Below, in pieces: positions 1 through 12,900 of a stretch of DNA of 64,000 nt; positions within the stretch are counted from its first letter, which is position 1, and each line of letters begins with the position of its first letter. The stretch comes from Eledone cirrhosa. Lineage: Eukaryota. The notes beneath the pieces were generated by a model. It made no database searches. It had not been told where the DNA came from and worked only from the letters and a program-made list of their open reading frames with translations. A program made the translations under genes and the position numbers. The stretch lies in the NCBI GenBank assembly GCA_964016885.1, contig OZ024745.1:74586001-74650000 (forward strand). Reading direction: 5' to 3'.

Positions 1-599
1 GTATGGACTCCGTATATTTTTGAGACTCGAAACCGATTCGGTAAAAGTAACCATAGTAAGTAAAGTTAATTTTTTAAAATTTATTTTGAAACTTTTTCTT
101 ATTTGCTAAACCTTGATTATATATGTTCTGGCTCGTTAATTTATTAACCTGCCATTGAACCACATTGGCATATGGTTGGACAATACATGTGTCCCTTAGC
201 GCCTTGTGCGTGTAGGAACATATACTCTATTATTACTTATCTCCTCTTGGTTGAGAAAAAATTTGGTCACTCTGACTGCTGCTAGTTATAGCGGGAGCCG
301 ATTGACCTCCCTGCCTCTGCCTCTATCTTTACACACGGCACTTGAAAGAATTGATTCCACTTCATTTTCTCTCATCTCGGGAACAATTTTGAATAGCGCC
401 AGTTCGTAATTTGAACTCGGGAATTTTATATTCTCCGAGTGAAAAGATCCTTCTGACGAGAGTTTATCTTTGCAACGGATGCCGTATGGACTCCGTTTAT
501 TTTTGAGACTCGAAACCGATTCGGTAAAGGTAACCATAGTAAGTAAAGTTAATTTTTTAAAATTTATTTTGAAACTTTTTCTTATTTGCTAAACCTTGG

Positions 600-605
<6 letters not shown>
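1..605 (+). mobile_element. 483-bp tandem non-coding unit carrying a hammerhead (Penelope pLTR-like or retrozyme-like)
   Basis: 1-123 is repeated almost exactly at 484-606. Both copies contain CTCGAAACCGATTCGGTA (3' half of the hammerhead) and end in TATATA/(TA)n. Confidence 0.7.
449..530 (+). ncRNA. Type I hammerhead ribozyme
   Basis: Stem I CCTT (449-452)/AAGG (527-530); core CTGACGA (453-459); stem II GAGTTT/AGACTC with a long loop; GAAA (512-515); near-palindromic stem III ACCGA-T-TCGGT; cleavage triplet GTA (524-526). Confidence 0.85.
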
Positions 606-647
<42 letters not shown>

Positions 648-934
648 TAATATAATATATATATATATATAATATAATATATATATATATATAATATAAT
701 ATATATATATAATATAATATATATATATATATAATATAATATATATATGTATATATATATATATATTATATATATATATATATTATATATATATTATATA
801 TATATAATATAATATATATATATAATATAATATATATATATATATAATATATATATATATAATATATATATATTATATATATATAATATATATATTATAT
901 ATATATATAATATATATATTATATATATATAATA
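600..934. repeat. Degenerate (TA)n/(TAA) microsatellite
   Basis: Almost pure A/T tract; similar tracts at 1583-1870, 2160-2519, 3643-3686 and 7574-7653. Confidence 0.95.
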
Positions 935-1584
935 TCTGAGTGAGTCTCTTGGTCAGTGTCCAAGTCTCAGACCCATACAGCAGCACAGACTCCACTACAG
1001 CAATGAAGAGGCGGATTTTCAGGTCTCTACGAAGGTCCGACTTCCACACCGATCTCAAGCTGTGACACGCCGCCCAGGCCTTGCTCTTCCTCTCAACCAC
1101 ATCATATTCCGTATTCCCAATCTTTGCTCCCAAATACAGGAAGTCCTCAACCAATTCCAGCGGCTTCCCGCCTACATTAGTGATCCCCTCTGGCTTCTCA
1201 ACATTCTCTACAGATGGTGGATGGGTGCTACACGAGAATGCTGAGGATGGGCTCTGAACATTAATCAGTATACATTGAGGATGAAAAACTCAGAGCTGTA
1301 TGGGAGCATCCCAAAAGTCAGCTCAAAAGTGACACAGAGAAGATTGAGGTTGGCTGGACATGCTCACCGACATCCAGAGTTGACATTGCACTCAGTGCTC
1401 CTTTGGGAGCCCCTACATGGACACACTAGAAGAGGAAGACCAAGGTTAACATATGTTAATGCCCTAAGGACAGACACTGGTCTGTTGGAGATGCAGGATA
1501 TGGCAGCGATAATGAGGGACAGAGACCGCTGGAGAGAACTCGTCCATGGATCTCGGGAATTTTACCCGCCTTAGATAGATAGAT
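935..1584 (+). mobile_element. 5'-truncated RTE-like LINE with an inverted 5' segment
   Basis: Minus 1210-935 reads LELVEDFLYLG...ESVLLYGSETWTLTKRLTQ. Plus from 1211 continues QMVDGCYTRMLRM...RRLRLAGHAHRH...RGRPRLTY...RDRDRWR and ends in a (TAGA)n tail. Confidence 0.85.
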
Positions 1585-1658
1585 ATATAATATAATATAT
1601 ATATTATATATATATAATATAATATATATATTATATATATATATGTATATATATATAT

Positions 1659-1692
<34 letters not shown>

Positions 1693-1712
1693 ATATATAT
1701 TATATATATATA

Positions 1713-1792
<80 letters not shown>

Positions 1793-1795
1793 ATA

Positions 1796-1844
<49 letters not shown>

Positions 1845-1925
1845 AATATAATATATATATATATATAATATGTAATAATGAAATGACAGGAGGCTGGATT
1901 TGTGTAAATCCTTGAAAGGTTTATT

Positions 1926-1983
1926 ATACTATGATCATTTCAATGACCGGGTTCCGTATGAATCCGGTCATATCATCAGGTAT
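1926..1983 (-). ncRNA. Type I hammerhead ribozyme
   Basis: Minus strand: ATAC-CTGATGA-T-ATGACCGG...CCGGTCAT-T-GAAA-TGATCA-TA-GTAT. Palindromic stem III ATGA/TCAT, triplet ATA, followed by AATAAA. T-T mismatch at the base of stem II. Confidence 0.7.
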
Positions 1984-3639
1984 TCGAAAAAATATAATAC
2001 GTGAATGTAATAGATAAAATCCATGGGGCTGAAAATCGAGGACCCGAGGACGACCGCTATCCAACACCGTTGAGTACGTTGAGTACTCTCTATATTATTA
2101 CATTGTGATTGACCATACATAATAGACCAGCTCTATCCAGTGGTGAACCTCAAACCTGAATATATATAATATATATATATATATATATAATATAATATAT
2201 ATATTATATATATATAATATATATATTATATATATATAATATATATATTATATATATATAATATATATATTATATATATATATATAATATAATATATATA
2301 TAATATATATATATTATATATATATATTATATATATATATAATATATATATTATATATATATATTATATATATATATAATATATATATATATATAATATA
2401 TATATATAATATAATATATATATTATATATATATATAATATAATATATATATTATATATATATATAATATAATATATATATTATATATATATATAATATA
2501 TATATATATAATATATATACTGTTTTAAAATCAGAATATAAAGAGCCGCAAAGCAGTTTGTTCGCTGAAGGGTTATCGTCGAGAATCCGACAAATATTTG
2601 GGCAACTTGCCACCTACTGATTGTGTGTGAGAAATAAAACCGCAAATTTATAGAAAAAAATTAAATTGCACAGTAGTCGTGGCTCTTCCATGAGGCATTG
2701 TCAAATAATAAAGAGGCTTGATTACAATTGGAATAAGGATATGAAGGTTTATGACATTCATGCATTTTTCAAAGTAATTAATTGTGTAAGTAAAAGGAAA
2801 TTGTTTCAACCGAGTATCGAAACCGTATCGTACGTTTGGAGAATGTACTAAGATAACAAGCTAAGAGGTCGGTTATTCGTAATCCTGCTACCGATACTAT
2901 GTTTTACTGCTTTTGTTTGCTTTTGTCCCCACTGCATTCAGATTTGAATATTTCGTTTCCATTGTATCGACACCGTGTATGTCCAGGGCCCAATTCAGAA
3001 TACATGGCAATTTCAGAATACATGGCATCTCTAGTTAGTGGAATAATGAATTGTTGTGTCTGCAGAACCGACAAGGGATTTGTGAATTTGCTGCTTTCGA
3101 GTTGAACTCCAGCTGTGCGTATAATTTGAAGAAGTTGGTCCAAATACATTAACGTAAGAAGAAACTCATTAGAAAGAATTGAAAAGAAGGAGGATGAAAA
3201 TAAACGAAAGAGAAATTGAAAGAAACTCATTAGGAAGAATTGAAAGAAAGAGAATGAAAATAAACTCATTAGAAAGAATTAAAATAAAAAAATAAATGAG
3301 ACAGAAAAAAGTTTCAATTGAATATTGAGTATTGAATATAAGCTAATATGAAAACACATTATTATATACTTCAAGACAAAAACACTATTGTTGTTGTTGC
3401 TGTTTTGCTCTTGTTGGTAGTTTATATAAACATCAATAGTTTAACTATTCTATGTAAAACAATGAGACGTTTCATATTATATTCCCGGTGTCTGCTGTTC
3501 TAGTTATTGTACGGAGTGACTTGAATTCTCTACTGGTGTCGTTTAAACAGTTCTGCACATGTATATACATGTATGTACATGAATGATAGCGTCTGCGTGC
3601 GATGTATATATTGTAAAGTATATGCAATTGTGTTATAGG

Positions 3640-3686
<47 letters not shown>

Positions 3687-3687
<1 letters not shown>

Positions 3688-6600
3688 TAGCAGAAGTACT
3701 CGGCGTTGCCCGGGTGTAAGTCGACCTTTGCTCTGTTGTTAAAATGTGTGAAAGTTACTTCCCGCGCATCACAGGTGCAAAAACCTTCGAACCTCAAGGA
3801 AAAAAAACAGATGTTAGTAGACGCAGGTGTGTAATTGAGCATAAATAATGGATCAATTGTAGGTACACAGTGTATCGTTGAAATTGTTCTTTGCACGGCT
3901 GACGGAAGTCAAATTCACTTGAAATTGAATTTTCAGTTGATTTTTAAAGCAAGGTGAAAAAGTCGATTTTTTTTTCACAGTTTTTTTGTTTTTTTTACAA
4001 TTTTCGCGCTCACATGCAGAAGAAGATATAAAAGGGACTTTATCTGAACCGCGGCATAATGGCGAGTCTTTTGCGACAGTTTTCAAGAAAATCGGACGTT
4101 CCTGTGAAAAGTTTTCCCATGTGCAACTTTCCCTTGTTTTTTGCGCAAAGTCGAACTCCCGCTTCAGTTTTATTGATTTTTTTTTACATGAATGCGTGAC
4201 CTCTGAAGTAGATTTGAGTAGCTAAAGACCTGTCCCGGTAAATTTGCTATAGGTGAAAAAAAGTAGATCAAAATCGTGTCTAGGGTTATTGCCCTTTGCA
4301 ACAGCCTCAACGTGTCTTCAAGTATGGTTTGTTAATTTGTTGTGGAACTAAATCGACTTTCGTCAAATCGGAGCGAGGAAACAATGTTTCCATTTCTCTT
4401 TCTAGCTGGTGTACCCGGTTACACTCGGGGTTATAAGGCGCTGGATTTAAACGGGTCTGCGCTAAATTCCAGCAGGATGCTTTAACCGAAATAAATGAAG
4501 AACAAACGTTTCTTTTTGTGCTCCAATCTGTGATATTGGTATTTTGAAAAAATAGTCTACAAACATCCATGGAGCATGTGTAACGCATGTATCAGGTTAT
4601 GAGAAAAAGATTTTTCGATTCTCCATTCATAAGATACAAAAAAATTGCACGCAAATAAACCGGGATTTTAAGGCACTGCCCAATTCATAGCTGAAAGGTA
4701 AGAATCAAGTGGAATAATGTTTTGAGACATTTAGTACAACCGTACAAAAGCAAAGGATATAGCCATTGAAATCTAGGTAGACCAAAGAATTTGGTGGGGT
4801 TGTATATCAGAGGATTGTTTTCCTTGTGATTCGCGTCTAGCCTACAAAGTGAAGTTAGATGATTGTAGTCGGTGTTGTATCAATAAAAAATAAAAGCATA
4901 GGGAAGACTGAACACTTACGAATTAAGTGAAAATCACGTTGATATTCCTATCGGAGCAACATGTGCCGAAAAACCTGACGGATTGTTGTGTCAATATTGA
5001 AATCGTAGAAATTGCGAATCCCGACCTCTAAGATGTAATGGATAGGCCTTGGGGGTGAAGAGGAAGAATTGGTACAATTGTTTTGCTAAACATGTTGACC
5101 ATTAATTTAAATAGACTTACGCAACATCATGGTGCGGTTTTGTTGTTTATGGCCTAGAATGAGGGCCGGTTAAACGCGGCAGAAAAATAAGCCATGCTGA
5201 TGATGTTTAGGGGCGTCGCAGGGAATAGATGCGGCGTTGTGAGTCAATGGTGAGGAAAGTGGAAGGCACGCTGATCGCTTGAGAAGACGCGATGCTACAC
5301 AGGATGCTTCTCGGCCATAATTGACAGAAAGGCATGTCAGGAGAAATGAAAGAGTTGCTATTCATCCTTTGCTTAGCATGATGAACATGTAATTAAAAAG
5401 ATTTACCATGGACTATCGTGCACGTTGGTATTGTGTTTAGCCTGCGAAAATCGGTGGTCAAATGGGGCAACAATAAGCCACGCTGATGACGTTTAAGCGG
5501 GTGGCAAGGAATTGATGCGGCATAGATAGCCATGGGAGTCTTGAAGGAGCACGGCGGGCAGGCAAAAGAAAGGGCCGAGGAGGGGATGGTGGCTGACAGT
5601 GCATGGATGCGGCATCCTAAGGCATGACGATGCAGTGGGACGACGGCCAGCAGGCAAGGAAGAGGGCAGGGGTGGAAGGTGGCAAGGATGCCGCATGGTG
5701 AGCCATGGCAGTCTTGAAGGAGCACTACGCGCAGGCAAAAGAAAGGGCCTAGGAGGGGATGGCGGCTGACAGAGCATTGATGCACCATGGTGATGCATGA
5801 TGATGCAGTGGGACGACGGCGTGCAGGGAACAGAGAGGGCAGGGGTTGACGGTGGCAGGGATGCGACTTGGTCCCTCAAGACTGCCATGCCTAGGCAGTG
5901 GAAAGATCGGGGAGTGGATGGCGGCTGACAGGGCAGGGATACAACATGATGAGGCATGACGAAAGGGCAGAGTGCATGGCGGCTGACAGGGCGTGGATGC
6001 GGCATGCCAATTGAGTTGCACCTCGGGAATGTAGAGAGCACCGGGAAGCACGATGATTGTTTGAGAAAACCGGGTGCAAGGCAGGATGTTTATCGGCCAT
6101 ACATGATCGGTAGGCTTTGGAGGAGAAAGGGATGATTTTTTTGTTTAATTTTGTTAAATATGGTCAAAATGAATGTAAAAAGACTTACACAGGATCGTCT
6201 TCATGTTCGGTGCTGTCTTTGGTCTGAGATAATGGGCGGTTATGTGCGCCGCAGGAATGAACCATGCTGATGACATTTGAGTAAGTTGCTGACAGGGCAC
6301 GAATGCCGCATAGTGAGCCATGGCAGTCGTCAGGGACCAAGGCGTGCGAGCAAGGGAGAGGGCAGGGGTTGACGGTGGCAGGGATGCGGCTTGGTTAGGC
6401 ATGGCAGTCTTGAAAGAGCACGGCGGGCAGGCAAAATAAAAGGCTGAGGGGATGGTGGCTGACAGATCATGGATGCGGCATGGTGAGGCATAACGATGCA
6501 GTGAGTCGACGGCGTGCAGGGAAGGGAGATGGCCGGGATTGACGGTTGCAGGGATTCCGCATGGTGAGCCATGGCACTCGTGAAGGACCAAGTCGTGCGG

Positions 6601-7573
6601 GTAAGGGAGAGGGCAGGGGAGGGCATGGCGGCTGACAGAGCATGGATGCGGCATGGTGAGGCATGACGATGCAGTGGGACGACGGCCAGCAGGGAAGGGA
6701 GAAGGCAGGACTTGATGGTGGCAGGGATGCGGCTTAGTTAGGCATGGCAGTCTTGAAGGAGCACGGCGGGAAGGCAAAAGAAAGGGCCGAGGAGGGGATG
6801 GTGGCTGACAGTGCATGGATGCGGCATCCTGAGGCATGACGATGCAGTGGGATGACGGCGTGCAGGGAAGGGAAAGGGCAGGGGTTGACGGATGCCTCAT
6901 TATGCCACGGGAATGAAGAGAGCGCATGGAGGCTCGATGATCGCTTGAGAAGACTGGGCACAATACAGGATGATGCGCGGCGGTATAGTCTTGATAGTCC
7001 TGATATAAGAAATGGAAGAATCGGCATAAAAGGTTTGCTGAATATGGTGAGCGTTAATTTAAAGAGACTTACGGTGGATAATCCTGATAGATTGAACGTT
7101 TTTTGCATGGCGGGAGTCGCGACAAATGGAAGCAAGAAGAATGGCGTTTTTCGGTTGCCGGATTTTTGCCTCTGGGGGTCCGATTATCGATTTCTCGAAA
7201 ATTCAAATACCCCACGTTGATCCCCGCATCAAAATACATACCTACGTCAAATTTCATTGGAATCGGACAAATTTCGTAAATATCGATTTTTGCCTCTGGT
7301 GATCCAACATTTAATGTATCCCACGTTCATCCCCGGATCAAAATACACACTTGCGTCGAGTTTCATCGAAATCGGACGATTTTTGAAAATATCAATTTTT
7401 GGCTTCTGGGGGCCCGATTATCGATTTTTCGAAAATTTCACGTCGCATATTCCAATGTACGGGTCGAGTTTTATATATATGTCAAGTTTCATGAAAATCG
7501 GATGAACGGTGTAGCCTGCAAGTTCGGGACACCAAACAAACAAACAACGCCCAACTTCACTTTATATATAAGA
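3687..7573 (-). mobile_element. Non-autonomous Helitron (~3.9 kb) with internal tandem repeats
   Basis: Minus strand starts A|TCTTATATATAAAG followed by (GTTT)n and ends CCCGGGCAACGCCGAG-TACTTCTG-CTAG|T (subterminal hairpin plus CTAG, inserted between A and T, no TSD). The 3' end is nearly identical to that at 23224-23251. Confidence 0.8.
5390..6960. repeat. GC-rich degenerate tandem array inside the Helitron
   Basis: Recurrent blocks GCCATGGCAGTCTTGAAGGAGCACGGCGGGCAGGCAAAAG, GGCTGACAGNGCATGGATGCGGCAT and GATGCAGTGGGACGACGGC with a period of roughly 180 bp. Confidence 0.9.
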
Positions 7574-7582
7574 TATATATAA

Positions 7583-7726
<144 letters not shown>

Positions 7727-7732
7727 GCATAT

Positions 7733-8292
7733 ACATACATGATGGCTGCAACTCGCTTTCGAGTAATGCCATCGATTGATACTCCAGCATGAGCATCACG
7801 GACATGGTTTTTGAGTACTACTAGGGATTTGCCTATGACCAGCAATACCATACATCGCAAAAAAGTCACATATTAAGCATTGACTATGCTTGAAGCTTTT
7901 TTTAAGTGAGGAAAGGTTTTGCACGGGGCCAATCCCACTCTCTGAACATTTGCCCAAAATGTTCAGAGAGTGGGATTGCCCAAAAAGTAGAACTGGTCTA
8001 CAACATTGGATGCAAACGAAATCGCAGGTTTTACATCAGAGTGACCTTCTAGAGAGATGTCTTAATGAAGACACACAAAAAAACTACTTTATTGGATGGC
8101 CGTTGACACTTCTGAGTTGCTCCTCCCTTTGCCCTTTGACGGGTTTTGTTTTTCACCCCGCAGGGTGTTCAAAATCGCCCTCCCCACCAAGCAGGCTTGG
8201 TAGGGTTGTTGGTTTAGTCGCCGGCGACTCGACCATGTACAGGTTGTACTGGTGCACATGTTACCAGTAGCACTGAAGAGCGACCTTACATA
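7733..8292 (-). mobile_element. Non-autonomous RTE-derived element with (ATGT)n tail, diverged copy
   Basis: Both ends match the copies at 31453-32075 and 32617-33236 (ATGNTGGCTGC(C)AACTCGNTTTCGAGTA ... ACATGTTACCAGTAGCAC). Confidence 0.7.
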
Positions 8293-8319
8293 CATACATA
8301 TATTTATGTATGTATTTAC

Positions 8320-9025
8320 ATTAACTCAGCAATTAAATGACAGAATGAAACTAAATCTTGAAGCCAGTTTTTGCCGAGCTGCCTACCAACTCAAATGGCT
8401 CTCAGTAATAAACATCGCCACAGACAACAACACTACTACTGCGATGAACAACACTAAATTTCCTATATACCACTTAGACCACCCACTCACTCTCTCCACC
8501 GCCAGTCAACCGAGAGCTTGACCTCAAACTCAAGCAATCTAATTTTAGCATATTACAGAAACATAAGAAGATACTTCCTGAAATAACACCTCATTCTAAA
8601 CAATATGCGAGAGAAGGACCTCGTATACCTCCCTTCCGATGAAGGGAAAGAATTCTGCATCATCTCTAGGGACACATAAAACAACTAGGCATATGAGCAC
8701 CTTAACAACGATGAACTATATACAGAAGTGACAGACATAGCTGCATGTGGTATATCGGATTGAATGCAGCAAATGTAACGAGTTCTACATTGGTAGCACG
8801 ACTGAAGCATTCCACATCCGCATTAAAGAACACCTCAACACACACGCATCCGCATTAAAAACACACACACTGACAAATGCAGAAACACCAACAAAAATAG
8901 AACAGTCAATATTAAAACCAGAGAGAGAAATGTGTGCAATTTAAGAATTAAGGAAGCCTTGCTCATACGTCAACTCAACCTACAAATAGATAACAGATTA
9001 GAACTCAGCACACAATACTTGACAT
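8320..9025 (+). mobile_element. Penelope-like element remnant (GIY-YIG endonuclease)
   Basis: VVYRIECSKCNEFYIGSTTEAFHIRIKEH at 8744-8833 is a GIY-YIG motif with the PLE-typical CxxC; a frameshifted LRIKEALLIRQLN follows. Confidence 0.85.
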
Positions 9026-9518
9026 GAAAAGACACATCTACACGCACAACCTAAACATCATTCATACAAAAAAAAAAGGGGGAAAAATACTACATCGGCA
9101 ATTGACGTCATCCTCCAACTTCTCGTGAATAAAAAGCAATTTATAAAATTTAAATCTAAATTTATTTCCAAAGAGAAGAAAGCGAAAAATCTTTCTCTGA
9201 GAGTTCCTTATTCTATGAAGAATGGAATTTTAAGTCCCGAAATATTAGGACGAAAGAAACAACAGCAACAGAAAAACAAAGATTACCAGGTAACTAACGT
9301 TTTCGTTACCTTCATCTTACCATCCATTTTGCATTTAACCTTATATCACTTTCCACATTATATATATGTATATATAATGATGCGAGAAAAACCACAAACC
9401 CTCCATCTCAATTCTACTTTTGAAAAGCATAAGAACTGTGAAACCGGTAAAGGAAACAAATAAATATTCTTAAAAAGACTCCAGTTGCATTTTCGATTTC
9501 ATCTTTTTTCCTTATATA

Positions 9519-10196
9519 TCTAAACTATAATAAAGTAAGAAGCGCGGGACTGCGTACGGTTTATAATTTTTTTATCCCATTAGTAAAATAAGTTGGATTA
9601 CTTTGAATAAATAATTGTTTCTACGCTAGGCACAAGGCCAGCAATTACCCAGTGTATTACTGGTACTTTATTTTATCGACCCCGTAAGGATGAAAGGCAA
9701 AGTTAACCTCGGCGGGATTTGAACACAGACAGTAAAGGGACGTAACTATGCTGGAAAGCATGGCGTCCGACTCTCTACTGATACTGCCAATCCACCAATA
9801 CTGAATAAATAATGAATGAATATTACATAATTTATCTACTAAATTTCGTGGCTGTTCATTAAATATATTTTATTATTTATTTAAAGATTCACTTCTTTAA
9901 AATTTTCAAATGTCAACACTTCCGGTGGCGATCGCTTAAATAAACATATTAATTTTCTGTCACTAATTTTCTCCTAATGCAGTTTATATATAATATCGTC
10001 TTTGTTTAATGTATCATGGATTACATTACTGATTACATAAGACAGTGTAACGCAGTCTTCGTTCAATTTCTGTGTATATTGCCAATTACGATTTTATTTG
10101 ATGTATCATGTCTACATGTATATATACTTGCGTATAATATCAATGTATAATATACATGCTAGCAGAAAACCACGCGGAGGGTGGTTTTTCTGCTAG
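9519..10196 (+). mobile_element. Probable small non-autonomous Helitron containing a SINE
   Basis: A|TCTAAACTATAATAAAG 5' end; terminal hairpin CTAGCAGAAAACCAC...GTGGTTTTTCTGCTAG|T (10159-10196). Confidence 0.5.
9616..9801 (-). mobile_element. tRNA-derived SINE, family A, with TSD
   Basis: A box TGGCAGTATCAGTAG, B box GTTCAAATCCC, core GCCTTTCATCCTTACGGGGTCGATAAAATAAAGTACC (resembles the Nin/Deu domain); TSD TGAATAAATAAT at 9604-9615 and 9802-9813. Confidence 0.9.
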
Positions 10197-11199
10197 TATA
10201 TATAATTCTCTGTGTGTATGTGTAGACGAGGAAGTAGACATGGAAACATATGTAAACGTGTGTGTATTGTCATTTCCTTTGTAATTGGGAGATGGCTTGT
10301 GTCTTTCTAACTGTGATAAAGTTCTTTTGTTTGAGCTCAAATAACACTATGTATGTATTATACATATGTATCTTAAATTTTAATTAATTTTCTTGTTTGA
10401 GTTAAGACAGTTCCAGACGTTTATCTGTATGTGTGTGTGTGTTCGCGCGCGTTCATGCATATGTCTTCACAATTGGTTCCAATAAACATATTTTAAATGT
10501 TTTAAAAATCGTCATGACTTCAATGGGGACCTATCGTTGTCCAAAATGCTCCATGGGGAGCATTGAGCAACGATAGGTTTCTATTCTGTCCTGTTACAAG
10601 TCTTGTCACTCGCCTGCTCTTGGGCCAGGTATCTGTTTGTTATTTCTGCAGCAATCTTGATTAATAGGGGGGTAAAATTACAAATCTCGCACTCCCTCCC
10701 TCCGTCTTTCTCATCACAGTGATGAGTATACGGATAAACTAATAGTAATAACAAGCAAACAGCCTGGCGTGCGGGTGATGACAATAAATAACATGTAACA
10801 TATTAACAAATTATAATAATAACAAACTGTCGACTAGAAAGAAGATTTATTACTGACATAAGTTTTAATGTTCTTTATTCAACAAGCAAAAAGTGTGAAT
10901 TAATGTATATAATGTTTATATGATTTACAAAAGAAATAAATCAATAAAAAGTTAGTTGCTGCTGTTGTTGCTATTAAACCACCTCTCGTAAAAGCTGTCT
11001 ATATATTTGTTTTTATTTCAAGATATAACATTGAATCTGACCAGATTTTTATGGATAAAGCCAACAGTGGCAGACCAAGATGAAGGTAGATCACGAGCAA
11101 AATGTTTGGATAAAATTCATAAACTCAGTTGGTTTCGCTTGGGGATCTGGAAAGATGAATTGGGGATAGTTGTTTCTGAGGTATCTCTCTAGGTATCTG

Positions 11200-12900
11200 A
11201 GGACTCTGCTCGCACGACACTCCTTGAAACAAGAAAAAGAACGTTAGAAGACATGCACGCTCAATTACACCACAACATGTAGTCATAATGAGGGTAGGTG
11301 TTGTGGCCTACTTTGTCACCAACATATTGCATAAATGTTTTGTTGTAGCTGTTGTAAGATTTGGAATTTCAGTTTCCTGACTGACTGAAGCACTCGTCTC
11401 AGATTCACTGCAACAGAATGCAAAGCAATTCAGTGTATTAATCAAGAATCTATGATGGATGGGTGGAGGCTGCACTTAAACCTAGCCGAAATATAGCAAT
11501 ATTTACTCGGGATCAGGCTGATTGTACAATGACTTGTCCAGCAGACACTGTCTTAAAATTGGCATATTTGCTTGTAAAGATATACCCCAAGAAAAATTAT
11601 GAGATTCAGTAAAAAAAGAGGTCGCTGCATACAAAGATCCCACTTCTTTGTATTTTGGATGATAATCGCTTTCTTGAATTATGGATTTTATTTCATCTTT
11701 GATCAGCTTTTAAGCTGTTTTGATTATTCTTCTCTTCGTAAAATCATCGTTTTCCCGTGTTGTCTTAGCATATAAATTGTAGAATTGTTGATGCAGTATT
11801 TTTAGCTGTGAAGGTGCGTGACTTAGTGGTTAGGTGTTGAGTTCACAATCGTATGGTTCTGAGTTCGAATCCTAGACCAGGTTTTGCGTTGTGTTCTTGA
11901 GCAAAACACTTTATTTCACGTTGCTCCAATTTCCTCGGCTGTAGTTGCGACGTCACTGATGCCAAGCTATAATGGCCATTGCCTTTCCCTTGGACAACAT
12001 CGGTGACGTAGAGAGGGAGATTGGCATGCATGGGCGACAAGCTGGTCTTTCACAAAGACACCTTGTCCAGGCTTGTGCCTCAGAGGGGAACTTTCTAGGT
12101 GTAAAACCATGGTCATTCGCGACCGAAGGGAGACTACGACGACGACGACTTTTAACCATTAATTTCTGTGATAATAATTTTATTTCCAAATTATTTAATT
12201 GAAAACATATACTGTAGCATTAAAATCAGCCAGATGGGTTTCCGATTTTCCGATTTTCCGATTTTCCGATTTTCTTTTCACTGAAATCACTAACCGTGAG
12301 CTGCCCCTTATTTCCTGACAGATATTCTATGACTTTCATAAAGACTTCTGTTTGTATTTCATTTTGTGGCCGATCAACTTTAAAGTGTTTAACAGTTGCA
12401 TCATTAGGTATATATTTCTTAGATATTTTCTTACCAGTTAGGTTAGGGTTAAGGCTGAAGTTCTCACTACAGGGCCAATGATAAACAGTATCTGCAGCAG
12501 GTAAATAACTCCATCCGTAATCTGACCTTAAGATTCCAGTCATCTTTTAAATTTTTTTTTTTTTTTACCATTATAAATGTTCCCTGTACCACAAAAGAAA
12601 CAATTTTTATTGGAAACAAATGTAGTGTCAGTTTATCTCAGTTCATGTTTCTGGATCGCCAAAGATTCATGATCTCTTGTATACTTATAAGCTTCTATAC
12701 CGGATTATCTGCAATCTTCTTTTTGTGCAGACCTTTTGTCTTGATAATGTCGATGTTTCTATACTGCTTGCTTCTCCCGCTTTTTGCTTCTCTCGCTTTT
12801 TAGATACTTTAGCATCGTTTTGCTTTAAGCTTTGCAGTGGCTTTATTTTGCAATATAGCTTTACTGCCAAAGGGACACTTGAATTATTCTAACTTGAGTA
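11200..12900 (-). mobile_element. Degraded Academ-like DNA transposase remnant, interrupted by a SINE
   Basis: Fragments LPAADTVYHWPCSENF...RPQNEIQTEVFMKVIEYL, KTVSAGQVIVQSA*SRVNIAIFRLGL and TFMQYVGDKVGHN resemble recalled Academ motifs; several stops and frameshifts. Confidence 0.55.
11811..12150 (+). mobile_element. tRNA-derived SINE, family B
   Basis: Head GCGTGACTTAGTGGTTAGG...GAGTTCGAATCC, body TTGTGTTCTTGAGCAAAACACTTTATTTCAC, (GAC)n tail. Related copies at 52759-52905 and 54342-54560. Confidence 0.8.

Noticed and set aside
1643-1846. YI/TH/CV/YVCM-repeat ORFs here and elsewhere
   Set aside because: Artefacts of (TA)n, (CA)n and (TACA)n microsatellites.
5393-7135. Long Pro/His/Cys-rich ORFs
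   Set aside because: Open in several overlapping frames because the GC-rich repeat is stop-poor; no Rep/helicase motifs.
10530-10579. Small hairpin ACCTATCGTTG...CAACGATAGGT
   Set aside because: Real but short and bulged; no recognisable RNA family or element boundary could be assigned.
11811-11885. tRNA gene
   Set aside because: A and B boxes are present, but the acceptor stem is broken and the sequence continues into a SINE body; the same holds for the other SINE heads.
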